A stretch of 64,000 bases of DNA from Micropruina sp. (lineage in GTDB: Bacteria; Actinomycetota; Actinomycetes; Propionibacteriales; Propionibacteriaceae): positions 88,266 to 152,265 of the forward strand of contig JASGHC010000003.1 in the NCBI GenBank assembly GCA_047602545.1, written 5' to 3'. The translations under genes and the position numbers were made by a program. This document shows positions 39,033-47,706 of this stretch, in pieces (position 1 is the first letter of the stretch; every line of letters begins with the position of its first letter). The notes beneath the pieces are model-generated. The model did not search any database and was not told the DNA's origin. It was given only the letters and a program-made list of their open reading frames with translations.

Positions 39033-42000
39033 TCATGGCACCGCTCCCGGAACCAGGCCCAATCCGATCATCTGGGGCGCGGCCAGCCGGGGGGCGTCCG
39101 CACGAGCCACCCGGCTGTAGCGGCCGGCCGCCGAGGTGCGGGTCAGTGCCCGGGCCGCGGCGCTCATCCGCAGGCCGGCGCGGACGTGGTCGGGTGCGGC
39201 GGGCTTCGGCTGCTCCTGGACGACCGGTACGCCGTCCGGCCCCACCAGGATCTCGGTGTAGGCGAACGGCGCGGCCACCCCGGCGGCGGCGTCCGTGGCG
39301 TAGCGGTCGCTGCCGAAACCCACCCCGGCTTGCCGGGTCACCATGCCGGGCGCCGACAGCCGCTCGGCGTCGGTCTGCTCGAAGAACTGGCTGTCCGGGA
39401 ATTCGTCGTGGACGACCTGGTCGAAGGTGGTGATCACCGTGTCGCCGACCCGGCCCGCGGTGATCGAGAAGCGGCGCTCCTTCGCCGGCACGAACGCGCC
39501 CACCCGGTCGATGTCGCGGTTGACGTTGAGCGGCACCAAGCCCTGCTGGACGACCAGCTGGCCGAGCGGATGCAGCCACAGCCCGGTCGCGGCCGGGTCG
39601 GTGCGGACGCCGACCAGCTCGCCCGCGGTGGGCGGCAGCACGGCCCGCCAGCTGAGCGGATCGCTCAGCCGGGTGACCAGCTCGTTCAGCACGTCGAGCG
39701 CGTCACTGACCAGCGAGTTGCTGCCGCCGATCAGATTCTTGTCGAACGACACCGAGTAGTCCCACCAGAGCAGGCTGAACGTCGCCTTGCCGGCCACCCG
39801 CAGCGGCAGCGGACCCTCCAGGGTGCCGCTGACGTCCACCTTGAACAAGTTCCGGCTGCCGCGCTTCAGCTGGACGCCGGCCTTGAAGTCGGCGATGAAG
39901 TGCGGCGGCCAGAACTGCACCAGCACGTCGAAACCGATGTAGCCCTCGATCGAGAAGCCGAAGGCGGCCGCATACAGCGAGGCGGTGGCGCCGAACTGCA
40001 GCGTGTTCGGGGTGATCGCCAGGTAGGCCTCGATGATCAGCTTCGGGTTGTCGCCGGTGGTCAGCGCGACCGTGACCCGGGGCACCACCGGGAAGTTGGC
40101 CGGCGGGCTGAACCGCGGATTGAAACCGCCGATGGCCAGGGCGAACCCCAGGCCTGGGGCACGCCGGAAGGCGGCGGCACCGGTGAGTGCGAAGCGTCCG
40201 AACAGCTTCGACTCGTACAGCACGGCGTCCAGGGCGGCGAAACCGGTAGAGAAGTCGAACTCGCCCACCACGTCCAGGTTGAGGGTGAGCAGCGGCGCCT
40301 TCTCCTGCGGCAGCACCGAACTGACCCGGCCCAGCACCAGCAGCCGGGACGAGTCGGTGGTGCCGTCGCGTTCCAGCATCAGCGCCAGGTCGGCGCGCAG
40401 CAGCGGGCTGGCGGCGCTGCCGAAGGTGAGCTTCACCAGCAGCCCGTAGATGTGGGTGCCCTCCTTGGGTGGGAAGAAGGTGCGCAGCCCGGCCACCATC
40501 TCGGGCAGCGTCTTGATCGGGTCGGCCGGGAAGAGCAGGTATTTCAGCTTGCCGGACGGCAATGCGGCCCGCACGGCGGGGACGTCCAGGGTGCGGTCGG
40601 CGGCGTACAGGAGGCCGAGGCCGTCCAGGGTGATGAAGCCGGCGGTCAGGCCGAGGTGCTCGACGGTGCCGATCAGGATGAACGAGGTCAGGGCGTTGCC
40701 CTGGGCGTCGCGGGTGGAGACCAGGCCGAGGCAGGTGAGGGTGACCCGGTCGCCGATCCGCAGCACCACGGCGCCGTAGTAGTCGCCGGAGGCCAGGTCG
40801 TGATGGATGGTGCCGCCGCCGCTGATCGGGCCGGTCTGCAGGTTGAGCGCGATGCCGGTGGGCAGGCTGGCGTCCACGTGCGCGTTGACCAGCCGCAGGT
40901 TGCGCTGGTCGGACGGCTTCATGGTGTCGAGCTGTGCCAGCAGGCCCAGTTCGTCGACCCGCAGGTACACCGGGCCCCAAGTGGCGCTGAAGGTGATCAG
41001 GCCGCCGGCGGCGACCGCCCAGCCGGTCTGCGGTTCGTCGGCGCTGCGCCAGGCCAGCCGCAGCACCAGTTCGAGCACGTTGATGCCCAGCACTCCGCCG
41101 CCGCCCATCGGCAGGGTGATGTCGAGATCGGACGGCCCGGCCGGCCCGAGGAGTCGAACGGAACGGCGGCGTTGGTGGTGGCGTCCACCCCGGAGACCCG
41201 GTGCACTTCGTGGATGAAACCCAGCTTCGAGTCGTAGCCGAGCGAGAGCCCGAACATCGTCCGATAGGGCTTGCCGCCGAGTAGTTTGCGGATGAAGCTG
41301 TCGGCGCTGGAGCCGTCCACCACCAGCGCGCAGTTGTCGAGCACCATGAGCACCCGCGCGCCGGTGGGCGACAGGGTGAGCAGGAACGAGATGCCGCCCA
41401 ACTCGACCCGGATGCCGGTCGAGCGCGGCAGCGCGTAACTGATGCCGCTGGCGTCCGGTGTTGCCACGTACCCGAAGGACGCCTCCAGCCCGGACGCCTC
41501 GGGGCTGGCCTCGATGTCGTCGCCGCTGAGCAGCAGGGCGGCGCCGGCGTCGCTCTTCACGCCGACCCGGAACCGCCAGGTGGGATCGCCCTGGCCGCGG
41601 TTGGGGTTGAGCACCTGGTCGATGGTCAGCGCGCCGCCGAGCGCCAGGAACAGCTGGTGTTTCCGGGCCGGGGTGCCCAGCCGTCGCGGCAGGTACAGCC
41701 AGCTGAGTTTCAACTCCTCGTCGGACGGGTCGCCGTCGTGGCGCAGCGAGAACGACACCATCCGGCTGGCCAGCAGGTCGGCCGCGGTGGGCCGGGTGGG
41801 CGAGTCGATGTCGAGGCCGGGGGCGTCCCAGCCGACGATGACGTCGCTGAGCACGTTCTCGTTGAACTCGTCCTTGGTCTGGTCGATGGTGGCGATTGCG
41901 GCCATGATGCCGCGGATCAGTCCGTCGACGACGAGGAAGGTCGTGTCGCGTGCCGTGTTCAGCGTCGAGCCGGACGCCCCCTCGCGGGTGTCGTCCAGGT

Positions 42001-42544
42001 CGTCGAGGGTGCGGCCCGGGTTCCAGACGAAGGACAGGATGGTGGTGATCGAGTTCAGGAATCGGCCGGCGTGGTACTCGCCGCCGGACTTGTCGGGCAG
42101 CGCATGGTCGCCCGGGCCGAGCGATCCGGTGAGTTCGGAGGCGATCGCCACCCCCTGCATGACCAGGTACAGCTTGGGCCAGCGCTGCCGCACATAGGTG
42201 CTGCCCAGCAGGTCGAACATGCTGGTCACGAAGGTGTCGGTGCGGCCCGACCAGTCGCTGCCACCCCACGATTCGATCTGGTCGATGATCGCGCCGATCA
42301 GCAGCGCCAGGTTGCCGGCCGCCTCGATGTCGGCCTGTAGATCCTCGTTCGTCGAGGCGCGGTAGGCGGTGATCGAATCCAGCGGAGCCTTGGGCAGGTC
42401 CAGTTGGGTCGAGGCGCCCGGTGGTCCGCCCAGGTCGCGCAGGATCGCCTCGCGGGCCTCGGCGCGGCCCAGCAGGTCGGCAACGAAGCCGATGAAGTCG
42501 ATCACTTCGCCAGCCAGCTTGCGCAGCACCGATCCGGCGCTCAT
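39033..42544 (-). CDS. Uncharacterised protein of about 1170 aa (gene 2 of the orphan operon), interrupted by an apparent -1 frameshift near 41153
   Basis: The N-terminal part starts at 42544 (MSAGSVLRKL, an ATGA overlap with gene 1). Protein-like sequence switches from the frame of ORF 40997..43186 to the frame of ORF 39033..42269 around ...AVPFD / LLGPAGPSDLDITLP.... Confidence 0.6.
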
Positions 42545-45486
42545 GGCGTCGGCTCCGGGATCGGCACGGACTCGATGGCGAACCGGCGCAACTGTTCGGG
42601 CGGGTCTTCGGTCAGGGGGCCGAGCGGGGCCCGGTGCACCATGTAGGGGCCCATCACCGCCAGCTGGGTGTCGGGGTCGACGGCCTCGGTGTACACCTCG
42701 CCGACCGCGGTGACCGCGTCGCCGTCGCTCTCGAACCGGCAGATGCCGAAGTTGGAGCGGAACATCATCTGCCGGGTGTTGCGCATCCGCTCCAGGGCGT
42801 GCTGGTGGCGCACCGCAACCGCCCGGAGTGCGGCGAACGTGGTGGCCGGGTCGGCGGCTTGCTGCTCGATCAGAGCCTCGTCCAAGGGGAAGGCGCGGAT
42901 CGGCGTGGGGCGCACGGCGTTCGGGTCCTCCGGTGGCGGCTGCGGCACCACATCGGGCCGAGCATCGAGCAGGGGAGTGACCCGCCAGCGCCACTCGGGC
43001 GGCTTGGCCGGATTGAGCCGTGAGGTCTTGGCCGGGTCGGTTTCGCCGGGCGGGTTGTCGTCGATCCAGCCGTGAGTGGGCAGCAGCACCGGGCTGCGCA
43101 GCAGCTTGGCGCGGGTAACGGCGACCAGGTCGTCCTCGGTGCGCCCGGACGGCAGCACCACCAGGTCGGTGTCCGGCCTGGTCCAACCGAGTCGTTCGAC
43201 ACCGAGGCGGGCGCGCAGCATCTGCTGCAGCGCCATCATCTTGGCGTCCAGGGCCTGCAGGTAGACCGGCATCACGTTCTTGAAGCCGCTCGAGGTGAAC
43301 TGGGCGATCCGGGCCGGGCTGGTGCTGGTGCCGCGCCAGTAGCTCATCAGGTTGGACGCGGCGTTGTGCACGTCACCGGAGAGCAGCACCACCCGCCCGT
43401 AGTCGGCCAGCCGGGACATGAGGTACTCGAAGGTGTTCTCGTCCAGCGCCCAGGTCTCCAGGGCGTCCGGGTTGGTGCCGGGCATCAGCCGGGTGCCGGA
43501 GATCTTCGTCTCGGCCACCTCGTCGTAGTGGACGGCGTCGAAGATCTTGTAGATCGCCCGTCCGACCACCTCGTCGAGCACCGGCGGACCGATCACCTGC
43601 AGCGGCGCGATCACCACCAGTACCTCGACCCCGACCGGCAGCGGTGGCTTGGGGATCTGGTCGTCCAACGCCTCCTTCGACACGTTGCCGGGCGGGCCGA
43701 CCTCGCTGACGTAGCTGCGCCGGGTGCGGTTGTCGAGCGCCACCACCCGGTGCTTCGGCCCGTCGATGGTGAAATGCCAGGTGAGCGGCGGTTTGACCGA
43801 CAGGAATTGCCCGTTGGGCAGCGGCTGGTTGTCGAGATCGTGGCCGAACATCTTCGCCAGCGCGGTGAAGGTGGCGGCGTCCGGGCCCCTGGTGGCGCCC
43901 TCGGGGAACAGCTTCGGCACGGCCACCAGCAGGTCGCCGGGCAGCTGGCCACCCAACTCGGGACGGGTGACGGAGGTGATGTCGTAGCGCCGCGGGTCGT
44001 TGCCCCAGTCCTGGAACAGGGCGTAGGCGGTCATCGCGTTGGTCAGGATGGTCTGGCCCAGCGCGGAGCCCAGCACCCGGTGCCGCCACATCGGGGTGAG
44101 GAAGTAGTCGTCGGTGACGTCGTGGTCGTCGAGGATCATGTAGGTCGGCACGTTGGCGAGCAGCCGTTGGGCGCGCCACAGGCCGGCCAGGAATTGCCGG
44201 TGCACTCGTTGGTTCCGACGGCTGACATTCGGCTTCTTGGCTTCCTTCTTCGCCTTGTCCTTGGCGCGTTCGTCATCCTCTTCGGCGCGTTCGGCGGCGC
44301 TGAGCTCGTTGCGGCGCTTCGCCTCCTTGGCGATCTCCTCGGTTCGGACCGTTGCGTCGGTGAAGGTGTACTGCGGCACGCGCGCGGGAAATCCCGGTGC
44401 GGGCAGGTCGACGGACTGTTGGTCGGTGAGCACGTCGAGCCAGTTGACGGTGCCGGACGCCGCGGCGTCCGGGGTCTGCTTCAACTTCGCGCCCGGGATC
44501 TCGGTGCCCCAGCAGGCCGGCGACCAGTAGAGCAGGTAGGTGGCGGCGAACTCGCCCAGCGAGATCAGGTGGTTCCTGCCGTCCTCGCTGGTCAGCTGGG
44601 CGCTGCAGTTGGTCAGGTAGAGCCGGTTGCCCACCCCGAACCAGGGTGGGCCGGCGGGCAACGGGTTGGCCGTGGTGGTGGCGGTGGCCTCGTCTTCGTA
44701 GGCGGCGTCCGGATTCTCGGGGTCGACAGGGGGCTTCAGCAGCCGCACCTTGTCAACGGCGACCCGCTCGACCGGGGTCGCGGCCGGTTCGCCGGACAGC
44801 GGAGCGGACGCCGACGCCGTCCCGATCAGCTCGACACCCAACTCGACCACCCGGCGCATCAGCACGTCTTCGACGTCGTCGGCGTAGATCTGGTCGCCGC
44901 CCAGGAACAGCTGATGCAGCCGGGCGCGCGGGTCCCCAACGCGTTCGGCCAGGTACTCGTCCATCCAGGCGAACGCGTCGCCGTCGTCGTAGCCGGCACG
45001 GCGGCACGAGCCGTAGGCGAGCTGCAGGTCGTCGAGCTGGCTGGGCGGCAACGCGAAGCTGGGCAGCATCCGGTCGGCGTAGCCGAGCGGACCCGCGGTG
45101 GTACCGCTGACCTGATGGGTCTCCAGCAGCTTCAACGACTGCAGCGTGTTGGTGCCGCCGTCAGCCTCGATCCACAGGTTGTAGGAGTACAGCCGGTCCG
45201 GCTCGAACACCTTGCCGGAGGCGGGCGGAATGCGCGCCGACACCAGGCTCAGGTAGAGGTGTTCGCCGACCCGGATCGCCTCAGCCCCGGGGAACGGCGG
45301 CGGCGCGTTCGGATCGGGCGGGTCCGCGCTGGACACGAACGGCGGGTTGGTCGTGTCGTAGGCGACCCGCCCCTCGAACACTTCCAGCGTCACCGAGGCC
45401 GGGCTGCTGAACGCCGTCCAGACGCTGACCAGCCCCGGGTTGACCCGACGAAGGATCGGGCCCGCCAAGAGCAACGGAAGTTCCAT
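42541..45486 (-). CDS. PhoD-like metallophosphoesterase-domain protein, 981 aa (gene 1 of the orphan operon)
   Basis: Motifs occur in PhoD order: LLAGPILRRV..VSVWTA, YGSCR, FLGGDQIYADD, ILDDHDVTDDY, LLSGDVHNA. The protein also has a charged K/E/A-rich insert and a long C-terminal extension. No signal peptide was seen. Confidence 0.75.
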   Translation of the reverse strand: MELPLLLAGPILRRVNPGLVSVWTAFSSPASVTLEVFEGRVAYDTTNPPFVSSADPPDPNAPPPFPGAEAIRVGEHLYLSLVSARIPPASGKVFEPDRLYSYNLWIEADGGTNTLQSLKLLETHQVSGTTAGPLGYADRMLPSFALPPSQLDDLQLAYGSCRRAGYDDGDAFAWMDEYLAERVGDPRARLHQLFLGGDQIYADDVEDVLMRRVVELGVELIGTASASAPLSGEPAATPVERVAVDKVRLLKPPVDPENPDAAYEDEATATTTANPLPAGPPWFGVGNRLYLTNCSAQLTSEDGRNHLISLGEFAATYLLYWSPACWGTEIPGAKLKQTPDAAASGTVNWLDVLTDQQSVDLPAPGFPARVPQYTFTDATVRTEEIAKEAKRRNELSAAERAEEDDERAKDKAKKEAKKPNVSRRNQRVHRQFLAGLWRAQRLLANVPTYMILDDHDVTDDYFLTPMWRHRVLGSALGQTILTNAMTAYALFQDWGNDPRRYDITSVTRPELGGQLPGDLLVAVPKLFPEGATRGPDAATFTALAKMFGHDLDNQPLPNGQFLSVKPPLTWHFTIDGPKHRVVALDNRTRRSYVSEVGPPGNVSKEALDDQIPKPPLPVGVEVLVVIAPLQVIGPPVLDEVVGRAIYKIFDAVHYDEVAETKISGTRLMPGTNPDALETWALDENTFEYLMSRLADYGRVVLLSGDVHNAASNLMSYWRGTSTSPARIAQFTSSGFKNVMPVYLQALDAKMMALQQMLRARLGVERLGWTRPDTDLVVLPSGRTEDDLVAVTRAKLLRSPVLLPTHGWIDDNPPGETDPAKTSRLNPAKPPEWRWRVTPLLDARPDVVPQPPPEDPNAVRPTPIRAFPLDEALIEQQAADPATTFAALRAVAVRHQHALERMRNTRQMMFRSNFGICRFESDGDAVTAVGEVYTEAVDPDTQLAVMGPYMVHRAPLGPLTEDPPEQLRRFAIESVPIPEPTP

Positions 45487-45722
45487 GGATACTCGCCCGG
45501 TCTTCCCTCAACAGTGAACTCGCTTCGGACGCTACGCCCGGCACCCACCGCCGTCACCTGGGTACAAGTGCGTACGCCCATCGGGCGACGCCGGGGACAG
45601 TTCCTTGGTCGCCGGGCGAGCCGGTCCCACGGGCCCGGGCGAACCACGCGCGGGCGCATCCGGGCGGGCGGACGGTCGTCCGGCCAGCGCGCGATAGGCT
45701 GTCTCGTCGAACAGGAGGAACC

Positions 45723-45905
45723 ATGGCCGAGCGCATCCAGCGTCAGCGCAGCACTGCGCGCGCCGAGGAGTCGCAGGTCGAGGTGACCCCGGCAGCCACC
45801 AAGCCGGCGGTGGACTACGACGCCCTGCTCGACGAGATCGACTCGGTGCTCGAGACGGACGCCGAGGAGTATGTCCGCTCCTTCGTGCAGAAGGGCGGCC
45901 AGTGA
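45723..45905 (+). CDS. pup: Prokaryotic ubiquitin-like protein Pup
   Basis: 60 aa ending ...EEYVRSFVQKGGQ, the canonical C-terminal GGQ. A GGAGGA sequence lies upstream. Confidence 0.93.
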   Translation: MAERIQRQRSTARAEESQVEVTPAATKPAVDYDALLDEIDSVLETDAEEYVRSFVQKGGQ

Positions 45906-46981
45906 ACGAACCAACCCTGACCCCAGCGGTGGTGATCGGAACCGGGCTGGTCGGGGCGTCGGTCGGTGCCGCCCTGGTCAAGGCCGGCGTCGAGGTGCAC
46001 CTGATCGACCGGCTGTCCTCGCACGCCAAGGTGGCGGCATCGCGCGGTGCGGGCACCACCGATCCGATCGACCCGGAAACGGTCCGCCTGGTCGTCGTCG
46101 CGGTGCCGCCGGCCCGGTTGGCCGACACGATCGCGGACGCACTGCGCAGTTACCCACGGGCGACGGTCACCGACGTCGGTTCGGTGAAGGGAACCGTGCT
46201 GGCCGAGCTGCGTGACCGCGGCGTGGACCTGGCCCGCTACGTCGGTTCGCACCCGATGGCGGGCTCGCAACGGGTCGGTCCGCTGACCTCCCACGCCGAC
46301 CTGTTCGTCGACCGCACCTGGGTGATCACCCCGCACGACACGTCCCGGGCGAAGGCGGTGCTCACCGTGCAGGCGCTCGCCCGCAATTGCGGGGCTCGGG
46401 TGGTCAGCATGGGTGCCACCCATCACGACGAGGCGGTTGCGCAGGTGTCGCACCTGCCGCAGTTGATGAGCAGCCTGACCGCGACCCGGCTCAACGAGGT
46501 TCCGGACGAGCATCTGCGGCTGGCCGGTCAGGGCGTCCGCGACGTGACCCGGGTCGCGGCGTCCGATCCCCGGCTGTGGACGCAGATCATCAGCGCGAAC
46601 GCCGACGCGGTGCGGGCCGAGCTGGAGGCCGTCCGGGACACCCTGAACGAACTGCTCGAAGGCTGGGGCGATGAGGAGGCGCTGCGTCGTTTCCTGGCCG
46701 ACGGACGCCGCGGCGTCCGGGAGCTGCCGGGCAAGCACGGCGTCGGGAAGACTGCCTATGCCGAGGTGATCGTGGCCATCCCCGACACCCCGGGTGCGCT
46801 GGCCAGGCTGTTCGCCGACGTCGAGGCCGCCGGGGTGAATGTCGAGGACATCCGGATCGATCACGATCCCCAGCGCGAGGTCGGCTACCTGGCTGTCGGG
46901 GTCACCAAAGCGGCCCGGGCCGGGCTCGAAGACGCCATGACGCAGGCCGGCTGGACACTGCGCTATTCCGAATCGCTGTAA
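45902..46981 (+). CDS. tyrA: Prephenate dehydrogenase
   Basis: 359 aa with an N-terminal Rossmann motif (VIGTGLVGAS), HPMAGS, and a C-terminal ACT-like region. The GTG start overlaps the pup stop. Confidence 0.87.
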   Translation: MNEPTLTPAVVIGTGLVGASVGAALVKAGVEVHLIDRLSSHAKVAASRGAGTTDPIDPETVRLVVVAVPPARLADTIADALRSYPRATVTDVGSVKGTVLAELRDRGVDLARYVGSHPMAGSQRVGPLTSHADLFVDRTWVITPHDTSRAKAVLTVQALARNCGARVVSMGATHHDEAVAQVSHLPQLMSSLTATRLNEVPDEHLRLAGQGVRDVTRVAASDPRLWTQIISANADAVRAELEAVRDTLNELLEGWGDEEALRRFLADGRRGVRELPGKHGVGKTAYAEVIVAIPDTPGALARLFADVEAAGVNVEDIRIDHDPQREVGYLAVGVTKAARAGLEDAMTQAGWTLRYSESL

Positions 46982-46989
46982 GGAGAATC

Positions 46990-47706
46990 GTGACGAAACC
47001 CCTAGTGATCGCCATTGACGGGGCCAGCGGCTCGGGCAAGTCGAGCACCGCTCGCGGGGTCGCCACCCGGCTCGGGCTGGCCTACCTGGACACCGGCGCG
47101 ATGTACCGCGCGGTCACCGTGGCCTACCTGGACGCCGGGGTGGACGCCGCCGATCCGGCCGCAATCACCGACGCCGTGGTCGCCGCCGACATCGTCATCT
47201 CCACCGATCCGGCCGACCAACGGGTGCGGGTGAACGGACGCGACGTGACCGAGGAGATCCGCTCCCAGCGGATCTCCAGCAACGTCTCCACCGTCGCGGT
47301 GATCCCGGCGTGCCGGGAGAACCTGGTCGCCCGGCAGCGGGCGATCATCGAGGCCGCGCCGAACGGCATTGTCGCCGAGGGCCGCGACATCACCACCGTC
47401 GTCGCCCCGGACGCGGACGTCCGGCTGCTGCTCAGCGCCGATCCGGAGATCCGGATGGCCCGCCGCAAACTCGACCACGGCGGCCAGATCGACGACGCCG
47501 CACTGCGCGACCAGATCTTGCGCAGGGACGCTGACGACTCCACTCTGGTGGACTTCAGCACTGCCGCCGACGGGGTGGTCAGCCTGGACGGCTCCTTGCT
47601 GTCGCTCGACCAGGTCATCGACGCGGTGGTGGAGTTGGCGGAACGGGCGGTTTCGACCAACTCGGTGTCGACAAGCTCAACCGGCGGAGATGAGGAAACA
47701 CCGTGA
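46990..47706 (+). CDS. cmk: Cytidylate kinase
   Basis: [19 protein letters not shown]...LDTGAMYRA. The C-terminal tail [12 protein letters not shown] is encoded by a copy of the dispersed repeat. Confidence 0.93.
   Translation: MTKPLVIAIDGASGSGKSSTARGVATRLGLAYLDTGAMYRAVTVAYLDAGVDAADPAAITDAVVAADIVISTDPADQRVRVNGRDVTEEIRSQRISSNVSTVAVIPACRENLVARQRAIIEAAPNGIVAEGRDITTVVAPDADVRLLLSADPEIRMARRKLDHGGQIDDAALRDQILRRDADDSTLVDFSTAADGVVSLDGSLLSLDQVIDAVVELAERAVSTNSVSTSSTGGDEETP

Noticed and set aside
39033-43186. Treating ORFs 40997..43186 and 39033..42269 as two full-length overlapping genes.
   Set aside because: Each is protein-like over only part of its length. The upstream part of 39033..42269 and the first 640 nt and last 150 nt of 40997..43186 look like off-frame text. 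One frameshifted gene starting at 42544 explains the data better.
30305-45486. Interpreting the giant operon as a contractile injection system, T6SS, Tc toxin, conjugation apparatus or a BREX/DISARM-like defence system.
   Set aside because: I see no sheath, tube, baseplate or PAAR-like sequences, no AAA+/Walker NTPase, no methyltransferase or helicase motifs, no RHS/YD repeats and no secretion signals. The rejection rests on visual inspection only, and profile searches could overturn it.
29279-45786. Very long plus-strand ORFs overlapping the giant operon (29279..31153, 32028..33245, 36311..39433, 38961..41237, 43072..45786), and the minus-strand alternative-frame ORF 29553..31949.
   Set aside because: Their translations are dominated by Arg/Gly/Pro/His/Gln runs with almost no Lys, Ile, Phe, Tyr or Asn. 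That composition is typical of stop-free off-frames in 70% GC DNA. The chosen minus-strand frames have balanced composition and coupled start/stop junctions.
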